NCBI GenBank assembly: GCA_028534125.1 | Contig: CM052818.1 | Coordinates: 26,600,001 to 26,664,000, forward strand | Direction: 5' to 3' | DNA: 64,000 nucleotides | From: Lama glama | Lineage: Eukaryota | In this document: piece by piece, positions 41,701 to 52,340 of the stretch | Layout of the letters: each line of letters begins with the position of its first letter | Numbering within the stretch: the first letter of the stretch is position 1 | The notes under the pieces: model-generated | What the model was told of the DNA's origin: nothing | Seen by the model: only the letters and a program-made list of their open reading frames with translations | Database searches by the model: none | Made by a program: the position numbers and the translations under genes

Positions 41701-42371
41701 TGAACATCCATTGGAATTTACACACAACATATCGACCCCAAAGCTCCAGGAAAGTGGAATGAATGAACAGGACTCTGAAACAAATTATAACCAAAATCAG
41801 CCAAGAAACTCAGCTCCCTTGGGTGGACATTTTGCCCTTGGCTCTGTTGTGAATTTGATGCACCCCAAGATTTAACATCAGGTACTCCCCATTTGAGATT
41901 CTCTACGGGTGGCCCCCGCCCATAGTCAAAGTAGGAAACACCACCCCAGAGGCAGGAAATTTAGAGCTCCATTGCCAGTTACAAGGGTGAGGACAAGTCT
42001 TACAGGAGATCTGGAGTTGGGTAATAGAAAGAACCCCCATCTCACTAGGAATCCAGTTGCATCCCCACGAACTGGGAGACCAAGTATGAGTGAAGGACTG
42101 GAAAAAGGAACCCCTGAAACCAACGTGGAAGGGACCATATTTAGTTGTACTAACTACCCCAGCAGCTGTTAAGGTTACAGGAATCGTCCCGTGGATCCAC
42201 CACTCCAGGGTTAAGAGAGTGATTTCACCTGAGACAGAGTGTCCCTGGAAAATTGAGAGTGTCCTAGGAGACCCGCTCAAGATCAAGATCAAGAGAGATC
42301 AGAAAAGGATCAACAAGCCCTGCTCTAGACACACCCGGAAGCTGGCTAGTCAACGCATGGCCGAAGCCTGA
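38734..42371 (+). pseudogene. pol: ERV pro-pol (protease, RT, RNase H, integrase), disrupted
   Basis: VDTGAEYS protease; LPQGFKNSP and YVDD (39770-39781) RT; LFTDSSS and IYTDSKY RNase H; HEATH...CLLC, degenerate D,D,E (VGFT, SNSG) and WKGPY integrase; several TGA stops. Confidence 0.97.
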
Positions 42372-42394
42372 GGAAAACTAAGCGAAACTGCTGA

Positions 42395-42571
42395 ATGTAT
42401 TCCTCTTGTGCTCCTTTGCCTTTTTCCTTGTTTGCTGTACTAGCCTGCTTATTGGCAATGGAGCCGGCCAGCACCGCCTCACCTGACTGGAATATAGGCC
42501 ATAAGATCCTGATAGCTATTTTATACCTTGTTATAACTAGTTTCATCACCACAGCATTATGTCTAAGATAA
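42395..42571 (+). CDS. Intact 58-aa ORF between pol and env: candidate small membrane protein
   Basis: MYSSCAPLPFSLFAVLACLLAMEPASTASPDWNIGHKILIAILYLVITSFITTALCLR*; two hydrophobic segments; below the ORF-track length cutoff. Confidence 0.4.
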   Translation: MYSSCAPLPFSLFAVLACLLAMEPASTASPDWNIGHKILIAILYLVITSFITTALCLR

Positions 42572-43907
42572 TCATAGGGTTAATGCTACTGATGTTACTG
42601 GTGTCTTTGACCAGTGAGCACTGGGATGAGGAGATAGAAGACATGAGAAATGAATTACGCAGCACGCCCCAGAGAACACAACAGGGTAGACAGTATCCCG
42701 ATCCCAAACTAGACAAGGAAGATTTTGATTTTGTGGGCCCCCCTTCTCCACCACAGAGGGGCCCACTAAAGTTACCATCTCTGACAGAGCCCCAAAGCCT
42801 AGACCCACATATAGATGGGCTGTTGGCTGCGGCCCATGGGATTCTCAATCACTCCAATCTGAACCTGGCTAAAGATTGCTGGCTTTGCTTGCATCCGGTC
42901 CCATCCAGCACCTAGCTCTGCCTGTGGCAAACCTCACTAAGGTTTTCACCACGACTAATGGTGATACCACTTCTACCACTAGGAGTCCTAGGCTAAGCTG
43001 GGTACAGCTCGCCTACAAGGCACCAGAATGTTATTTCAGCAATGGAACCAGTCCATTAGGAGGCAATCGGACCATAAATCAATGTAATAAGACCTCTCAC
43101 TGTATGGAACAGGGCTGCCAACCCACCCAAGGTTGGTGTTCAACCCACCAAGGTTGGGGCTTATCTCGTGTGTGGCAAGCTTGCCTACCGATGCCTTCCC
43201 GCAAATTGGACAGGGCTATGTGCGTTAGCCTATCTCACCCTCCAGATAGATATTCTGCCCAGCAACCAGAGCCTTCCCATCCCAGTTGTTGCTCACCAAC
43301 AGCCAAGAAGAGTGAAGCGGGCCATACAACTGATCCTCTTGCTCATAGGACTTGGAATAGCAACAGGGGTAGGCACTGGAATTGGTGGCATAGCCTCATC
43401 CTCCCATTACCATTATTGGCATTACAGGAGAATTTACTCAAGACTTCCAACGTGTGGCAGAAACCGTGGGGGCTCTGCAAAATTGGACTGACTCCTTGGG
43501 CAAGGTAGTACAGAACAGAATGGGTCTAGACCTACTCACTGCTGAAAAGGGGGTACTATGCCTCTTCCTTAATGAAGAGTGCTGTTTTTATGCCAACCAA
43601 TCAGGGATTGAAAGAGGGATGGTCCAGGAGCTGCAGGACTGGGTGGAACAGAGAAAATATATTTCGGATAAGGATCCATGGACAGGCCCCTGGAGCTGGA
43701 CTTCCTGGCTGGCACCATTCATAAGTCCCTTGCTCCTAATTTGTGCATCTCTACTATTTGGGCCCTGTATCTTAAACTTCCTGATCTGTTTCGTCAGCGG
43801 ATAGAGGCTATAAAGCTCCAGATGTTAGCTTCCAATTATGAGCCTCTACAACAGATGGAGGATGACGCTTACCCAACCTGGGTTGTAAAAGCATCAAGAG
43901 AGGGGAA
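42559..43907 (+). pseudogene. env: ERV env (gamma-type SU-TM), frameshifted
   Basis: Signal peptide MSKIIIGLMLLMLLVSLTS; CWLC (42877-42888); furin site RVKR (43309-43320); fusion peptide; ISD QNRMGLDLLTAEKG; CX6CC (CLFLNEECC); TM anchor with FGPC. Confidence 0.95.
43896..43907 (+). promoter_or_regulatory. Polypurine tract AAGAGAGGGGAA
   Basis: All-purine run immediately 5' of the 3' LTR. Confidence 0.9.
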
Positions 43908-44248
43908 TGAGAAGGAAAAGGTTGGGCTGGGCCAAGACTGGGCTGGGCTAAACTCATGCATTTTAAGTTAACTCATGAATTTTAAGTTTCACCTTGCTAG
44001 ACTGGTTTTGGGTTACTGCAAGCAACCCTTTGCTTCTGCTTTTATGATACTGCCTAGCTGTACTCACTCAATGGTTGATGGACCCCAAGCTTGTAAGAGA
44101 CCCTATAAAACCTCACTTACACTTCCCGGAGGCGCTCAGAGCTCTGGAGCGATAGCCCCTCTGAGCTCGCCAGCATAATAAACCTGAGTACTCCAACCCT
44201 CCCTCCGAGTGGTGTTTATTTCTTGGCTGGCCTGCCATTTCTGTAACA
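43908..44248 (+). repeat. 3' LTR (341 bp)
   Basis: Direct repeat of the 5' LTR; preceded by PPT, followed by the TSD. Confidence 0.97.
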
Positions 44249-44429
44249 GTATAGATTCTATACTGTGATTTGAAGCACATTAAGGACCCAACTGCTAAAA
44301 ATGCTCTTCACCATCTAGTTCGGTGTTAGGATTTTCACACACCTAGTCTTACCTTTAAAGTGACACTATTGGACTAGAGCAGTAATGACCAGAAAGTTGT
44401 ATTAAAAAAGCATATCTCAAAATATGATC

Positions 44430-45775
44430 CTTAGGATTCCCTAAGACCCTTTTGGAAGTCTGCAAGGTCAAATCAATTTTTATAATAATACAAAAGCAAG
44501 GTTTGGTTTATATTAACTTGCATTGATGTTGCAAAAGCAATAAAGCAATGGTGGGTAAGACTGCTAGCATCTTAGCACTTGTCAAGATAGAACACAAAAT
44601 TATACTGTTAAAAAAAAAAACTGTGCTTGTAATCCTTGCATTCTTTACTGCCCTATACAGTAAAAACAGAAAAGAAAAAAGACAGACAGAAAGACAAAAG
44701 AAAAGAAAAACAGCCAGTCTCACTTAAGAATATCAAATGGCATTATTTTATTGTTTTTTATGGCTCTTTGTTCATTTTTACCACTTTTTCTCATTTATCT
44801 TGGATTAATTGATTATTGTGTTTCTGCTGCGTACTGAAGGACAAGTTTTGTCTCAAGGAAAATCACTTGAATAATTGTTTTGAGTTGCGTGGTGAGCTCT
44901 CTGCTTTTTTCCATAAAATTCTACTTTGACTTGAAGGAATAATCGACTGATACTCTGTGATTACTCAGGCTTGGCTATTTGGCAGACATTTGTTCAAAAT
45001 GAATAAAGTGTGCCTATGCCTTCAAGGACAATAACTGACAGACAGTATGTGTTGCCAAGAATAAAACTGGATCTTTCAAGCAAAAATTGGAATTTTATAA
45101 AATTTGTATCTGCTATCATAAGCTTAACAGTTCCCTGATATGTAACAGCTTTTCTGACAAAGTCAGTTATTTTAACAAATGTGATTTTTAAAAATTATAT
45201 ATAATGAAATGGTCAACATTTGGAATACCTGCATAACTCAGTGAACCAATAGTTTCCAAATGCTCCATCACAGAGAAAAGATCCATTACAGCCAGCTTTT
45301 ATGACATTACCACTCATCATGTTTTGTTTCAATAGCAAAGAAGATTATTCATAATTATCTGAAGAGGCTATTAAAATACTCTTTCCTTTTCCTACTATAT
45401 ATCTGTGTGAGGCTACAATTTCTTCATATACGTCAACCAAAACAACATATCACAGCAGATTTAATGCATAAACAAATCAAGTTGTTTTCTAATAAGTCAG
45501 ATATTAAAGAAAAAAATTTAAATGTTAAAATATACCAATCTTTTCATGAAATTCTTTTTGTTTTAGAAAACACAGCAATTTTTTCCATAACAATGCATTA
45601 TTTAACTTGTAATACTTCTATGGTCTTAAAACAAATCCATAATTAAAAATTTATAAAATGCCTGTTTTAATTTTCAATACAATAAATATTAATAGAACTA
45701 ATCCACATAAACAAAAACTATTAGTGGCCCTCGATAATTGTTACTACTGTAAAGGAATCCTGAGACCAAAGCATT
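44430..45775. mobile_element. Charlie1-like hAT DNA transposon remnants
   Basis: gattccctaagacccttt...ctgcaaggtcaaa start; cttggctatttggcagacatt internal; ggaatcctgagaccaaa end. Confidence 0.6.
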
Positions 45776-48700
45776 TAACCTAGGAGAGATAAAATATTAA
45801 GCCAATGGTTTCAACTGTAACTACATATTGGAATCATCTGAAATACTTTTTTTGTTTAAACAAAGTTGCCTAGGTGCCATGCTAGAGCTTCTGATGTGAT
45901 TAGTCTCATGTGTGCCCTAGATATCAGGTTTTTTTTAAACTCCCCAGGTGATTCCAGTAGGGCTGAGAACCACTACGTTGATCACACACTCTGAGAAGTA
46001 CATTAACAAAAACCACAGAGAACATCAAGAGGCCCACATTACATCCCTGCCCAAATCTGTCCACCACTGCTTTGAATAATGGAATAAAAAATTAAGATGT
46101 TTGCTTCCGCAGTACAGAGTCAGACTTTTGCTGTTCCCTAGAAATCTCAGGAATCCAGATTTCCTGTAAATCTTCCCAATTCCTTTCACCAGATCAGAGG
46201 TCAAGTCACGGTGGCAATAAAAGTTAGGAAAAAAAATCTCCTTTCCTCTGGTTTTTGGCCCTCTCCCTTCCCAGCCCTTTAGAATAACAGTTCACTCTCC
46301 TCTCAAAGAAGGGAAGAACATTCCCCATAAACCGTGATTCCTTTCACCAACACTAATCTTGGCCCCAAATAAAATTCCTTTCACTCCTTTACTAATTTTG
46401 TCCTGCTCTGGTTTTTTTGTTTTTTGGTTTTTGTTTTTTGTTTTAAATACCAGTTTTTCCCTGTGGGCTCAGAAAACCAAAAGTCTTCAAGATCCAAAAG
46501 GAAGATGAATCTCTAGTAAGGAATTTTAATCCACTCAAGGAGATAGTGTCAGGAAGAATCAAAACACAAAGAACCAAAGAGAAACTTCATCTCTCTCCAG
46601 CTCACGGAATAGACAACTCTGATCTATACAATGACAAAATTGACTGTAATGTGGAGTTACAACATTGTTATGGAAGATATATATACATACTGTGTATACA
46701 TTTTTATTTTTTATTCAGAAAATTGTGTCTATATTTTTTTTTGCACCTTAAGATACCATAGGTGAAAAGGCACCAATTTCTGTAATATATTAATCAATAA
46801 TACATGAAAGACAAAAAGTTGTTAGCTCAAGAACTTGCTTCCAAAGATACTAGCTAAATTTTTATGATATAAGTTAAAACTGTGATCCAAGACGTTCGGT
46901 GTGTCAATAGCACATTTTAAAAAATCCTCTAATTCTCTAAATGAGTACAATGAGAGATACGATCCTCATTGCTACTGTTTGGAAAATTAAAGCACAAGGA
47001 GGTTAAATAACCTGCCCAGCAACATGTACAGCTAACTTAATGCAGGCAGCATACTTCTATGCTAACCTAAAGGCTTTTCCAGTTTCAAAGGAGAAAATTT
47101 AAGCAGCTAGTAAAATTTAATTTTGAATATACTGAGATAAGCTCTTATACTGAGTGTAAAACCAGACACCTTTGAAATTATTTTATTTCCAAATTTTAAG
47201 CAGAATACTTGTTTTGTATTGCTTTCTCTCCTTTAATCAGATTATTGAATACCATATGTGTTAGAAGGGGAAAATGTGGATTTTTCTCAAAAAAATTAAA
47301 TACTAAAATGTAAATTAACATAATCTAAAGTCAAGACTGAGGCACTTAGTTATCTTTTGCTTTGGGGTCATTGATGGATTTTCCAAGGTGTCACATTCTA
47401 TGTATCTATGTTTTAATGATATGGAATTGTGAGGTTCTTCTACTGATCAGGCTACACAGACCACAGATAGATTTAACTGTAAAAGCATTCTTTCTTTCAA
47501 ATTTGTAATCTTGAAGCAGTATTATAATTGTGATTGTTAATTAGGCCCTTTCTGACTTTTCATGAAAGAACAATCACTTGAAGAGTAATTTTCAAGTCAT
47601 ACCAAAAAAAAAAAATCTTGTCTTTAAGATTCGGTGAGGCCCAACAGTCTTAAATGAAAGAGGAAGAAAGACTCTAAAATTTCTTTCCACGGATTCAAAA
47701 ACAGAATGTTAAGAAAGCAAATAAAATGACACAAATTCACGGAAAACAGCAGCAGTCATTAAAAAAAAAAATGCTGACTATGCCACACATAGTTGTTAAT
47801 AATAATAATAGAAAGTTGCAACAGAACCCAAATTCTGCCTTAAACCACATATATTCCTATATATATCTTTATTTTTGCCTAAATTTAGGATAGGATGAAT
47901 GTTTGAAAAAGCATTTCAACAGAGCTCATCAGCAGCACCAGGCCAAGAGTATGCCTAAATTTTCCTTTAAAAGAAGCTTGAATTATTCAGCATATAATTT
48001 TAGTAAAGCTAATCCCCTTCCATCACTGGCCAAACCTTGATCTTTTGCAGTCCTCGCTCAGTCAGGCACATATATCTACTATGGGGAACACTGAAGTTTG
48101 AATCTAGAGATCTTTAAGAGCGCAAAAGAGACTGAATAGATTTCATAATATATTTGTTTAGTCTTTGAAGAAAATCCTTCTAATAGCTGCAGGTTAAATA
48201 TGTATTACAAACTAGGAAGAAGTAAAGATGTAATTTGAGAAAGTGTGCTGGGAGAAACTTTGCTGGGAGAAACTTTCAAAAGCAAAGGAAGCGGCCATAA
48301 AACTGGGCATCTTCCTTCTACTCTGAGTCAAAATGGTGACTTTCAATTCTACTCTTAGAATAGAGAACAGTCTTCAATTGGAAAAAAAAAAAAAGTTAAA
48401 AAAAATAATAGAGAAAATGAACACCAACCAGAAAACAAGCTAATGGCTCAGATAGGAATGACATTCAGGCCCATGCCGTATGTATAGGATACAGTAAAAA
48501 TTATCATTCAGGATTTTTAGAGACAGAAAATACGAGGGAAACATGGTATAGTAGCTAGATAGCCTGATTACATATATCTCTGTGTGCTACTATTTCGTAT
48601 GTTTACTAAGTTACGCAGCAAGTTACATAACACTGTCGTTTTATGGTACACACACACGCAGGCACACATCTTTAGCATATGCTTTACATGTGTAAAAGAC

Positions 48701-49199
48701 TTCTATAATATAACCCTTAGAAGAGCCGGGACCTGGCAGCATCCTAAGTTCTCAGTAATATATTGAATGTCTGAAAGCAAATACCTCATGATTATTCAAA
48801 GTCGTGCCTGCCAGAAATATGAAAAAATATGTGACTCATCCTAGTGTGTAACAGTACAGCCTGACCAATAACAGCAGGCAGGCAATGGTCTTCCCTTGAC
48901 CCTGCCCCCTTCTTTAATTGTTGCCTTCTTTCCCTTTCCTTTTATTTTTAATGTTATTAGCACCATCAGTTCTCAAGTGCCAGTTCCGTATTAATGCCTG
49001 CCCATGACTATGCCTGTTCAGTCTGTCACAAAATGAGAAAATTAAGAAAAATGTTTTATTAATAAAGTAATTGTATTTAATCAAAAAGCTTTAGTATTTT
49101 TATAGTCATCCTTCATATTTGATGTTACATATTTTAATTAACATAATAATTGATGTAGTTTCCTGAGGTTTTTTTTTAACTGTCATGCTCTGTTGTTTA

Positions 49200-51000
49200 A
49201 TTGTGGCAAATCACACATAACATAAAATTTACCATCTTGATCATTTTAAGATTGTAGTTCAGTGGCATTAAGCATATTCACATTGTTGTGCAACTATCAC
49301 CTCATCCATCTCCAGAACTCTTTTCATCTGGCAAAACTGAAACTCTGCACTCATGAAACAATTCCCCATTCCCTCCTCCCTCCAGCCCTTGGCAACCACC
49401 ATTCTACTCTACTTTCTGTCTCCATCAATTTGACTACTCTAGGTACTTCATGTAAGTAGAATCATACAATGTCTTTTGTGACTGGCTTATTTCACTTAAC
49501 ATGATGTCCTCAAGGTTCATGTTACCACATGTATCAGAATTTCCTTCCTTTTTAAGATTAAGTACTATTCCATTGTATACCTACACCACATTTTACTTAT
49601 CCCATTCATTCACTTGGGTGGCTGCTATCAACAAGAGTGTACAAATATCTCTTTGAGACCCTACTTTCTTTTAATTGAAATATAGTTGATTTACAATATT
49701 ATATTAGTTTCAAATGTAAAACACAGTAATTCGATATTTTTATAGGTTATATTCTGTTTAAAGCTATTATAAAATCTTGGCTATGTTCCCTGTGCTGTGC
49801 AATATATACTTGTAGCTTATTTATTTTATAAATGGTAGTTTGTACCTCCTAATTCCCTACCTCTATTTTCCTCTCCCCTCTTTTCTCTCCACACTGGTAA
49901 CCACTAGTTTGTCTCTATATCTATGAATCTATTTCTGTTTTGTTATATTCCTCCACTTGTTTTATTTCTTTTGGTTCCACATATAAGTGATAATATACAG
50001 TGTTCATCTTTCTCTGTCTGACTTATTTCACTAAGCATAATACTCTCCAGGTCCATCCATGTTGCTGCAAATGGCAAAATTTCATTCTTTTTATAGCTGA
50101 GTAATATTCCACTGTATATAGATACCACATCTTCTTTATCCATTCATCTGTTAATTGACACATAAATTGCTTCCATATCTTGGCTATTGTAAATAATGCT
50201 ATGAACATTGGGGCGCATTTTTTTTGAATTGGTATTTTCATTTCAGATATGTGCTCAGAAGTAGAATTTCTGGATCAAGTGGTAGTTATATTTTTAGTTT
50301 TTTTGAGAACCCTCCATATGTTTTCCATAGTGGTTGCTCCAATTTACCTTCCTACCAACAATGTATAAGGGTTCCCTTTGCTCCACATCCTTGCCAGCAT
50401 TCATTTTTATAGACTGTTTGAGGATAGCCATTCTGACAGGTGTGAGATGATATTTCATTGTGAGTTTGATCTGCATTTCTCTAATGATTAGCAATGTTGA
50501 GCATCTTTTCATGTGCCTATTGGCCATCTGTATATCTTTTTTGGAAAAATGTCTATTCAAGTTGTCTGCCCATTTTTGAATCAGGTTATTTTTTTTTTTT
50601 TTTTTGATATTGAGTTTTATGCACTGTTTCTATGGTTTGGATACTAACCTGTTATCAGTCATAATTTACAAGTATTTTCTCCAATTCAGTAGGTTGTCTT
50701 TTCATTTTGTTGATGGTTTCCTTGAGACCCTGCTTTCAGTTCTTTTGGCTATATACCCAGAAGTGGAATTGCTGGATCATATGGTAATTCTAATTTTTAA
50801 TTCTTTGAGGAACTGCTGTACTGTTTTCCATAGCTGCTGCACTGCTTTACATTCCCATCAATGGTGCTCAAGAGTTTCAGTTTTTCCACGTGCTCACCAA
50901 CACCTGTTATTTTCTGTTTTTTGACAGTAGCCATCCTGATGGGTATGAGGTAGTGTCTCACTTAGTTTTGATTTGCATTCCCCTAATGATTGGTGATTTT
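49200..51000 (-). mobile_element. Old L1 (L1M-like) interrupted by a younger L1 3' fragment (49669-50721)
   Basis: ORF2 C-terminal remnants ([23 protein letters not shown]); 16-bp TSD TTGAGACCCT(A/G)CTTTC at 49653-49668 and 50722-50737. Confidence 0.85.
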
Positions 51001-51439
51001 GAGGTCTTGCTTTACTTTTATGTTCTCAGTTGGTAAAACGAGAAGCTGGCACCTCAGTTAGTCTCTGGCTTTTTATAAATTGACTTGTCCTTGAAATCTG
51101 AAAATTTGAGAACTACCAGTGGACTCTATGTCTTTTTTTCATCGTCTGTTTACCTCCTCAATTCACTGCAGTTTGGCTTTAGCCCTGAATCTTCTCTTGA
51201 CACCTCTCTCACCAGAGTCAACAAATTATTAACTTACTATTGCCAAATAGGTTGGACCTCCTTCAGTCCTTATATGATTAGTGAAAGGTGCAGTCTCTGA
51301 AATCAAACCTAGAATCCTGCCTCCTTCTGTATAGTAGGACCTCAGTAAATGTTATTCCTGCCCCCAGCCCTCCCATGGGATAATTTCATCCCTTCACGTA
51401 TTTTCATTCTCCACCCTATGCAATAATTCCCAGATCTCT

Positions 51440-52340
51440 AGTATTCATCCCTGTCTGTGCAACTAAGACTGTGCAAGGCACTCTGCAAGGGATATAGGGA
51501 ATTAGGTATGGCCCCTGCTCTCAAGGAGCTTACAGTTTAGTAAGAGAGACTGTGGTGTCATAAGGCATCACGGGTGCTATGGAAGGATTATGTCTGGAGC
51601 ACAGAGAAAAGAATGGTTACTCCCATCTGACCTGAAGTGGATAGGAAAGGCATCTTAGAGGACAGCTTGAACTGAATAAGTCTTGGAATCGCATATCAGA
51701 TAGAAAATGAGAGACAGGTATCACCTCAGCAAAAACATGCTGGGAACAGCCAGCAGTCTGCCACTGCTTAAGTTGCTAGGTATGTGAGGAATGAGGAATA
51801 GCAGTAAGAGAAAGCAGGAGGAGGTCCATTATATGCCATGCTAGAGAGTCTGCACAATAAAGACATTGGTTAGCTATTGAATAATGTTAGGCTCAGAAAA
51901 TCATATGATCAATTCTGCATTTTAGAACTATCACTCCGATGGCAGAGTGGATAATGAATTACAGAAGATTCAAGCAAGGAAAACTCTGAGATGGTCATTT
52001 CAGTCGATCAGGTGAGAGCTAACAAAAGCCTGAACTAAGACAGTAGCTGTGGAAAAGAAGAAAGGGCATACAACACAGAGATGTGATGGTATGAAATTGA
52101 TGGGACTTGGTCACCAATTGGATTTGGAGAACAGGGAAAAGGAGTTTAGGTGACCAAGAAGTTTCTGTCTTGGATGACTAAACAGATGGTATTACTATGC
52201 ACTAAGACTGGAAATACAGGAAAAGGAAAAGGTTTCAAGGAAAAAGTGAGTTCATTTAGGGACACTTTGAATTTGTCATCTTTCTGTGAAACATTCAAGT
52301 GGTTACAGAAAGAAATCAAGGCTAGAGATACAGATTTGTG
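51440..52340 (-). mobile_element. L2 LINE fragment
   Basis: ggcccctgctctcaaggagcttacagtttag...ggcctgaacta-like...gagttcatttagggacact. Confidence 0.65.

Larger units (their letters stand above)
35665..44248 (+). mobile_element. Full-length class I (gamma-like) endogenous retrovirus, defective
   Basis: Paired TG...CA LTRs; 4-bp TSD GTAT (35661-35664 and 44249-44252); PBS, gag, pro, RT, RNase H, IN, env and PPT in order. Confidence 0.98.

Noticed and set aside
42559..43971. env as a domesticated syncytin-like gene
   Set aside because: At least four frameshifts, and it sits in a complete, generally decaying provirus; this copy cannot encode a full Env
48247..48276. 15-bp tandem duplication TGCTGGGAGAAACTT and assorted microsatellites (11655-11706, 25428-25480)
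   Set aside because: Ordinary slippage products; not CRISPR-like, no spacers
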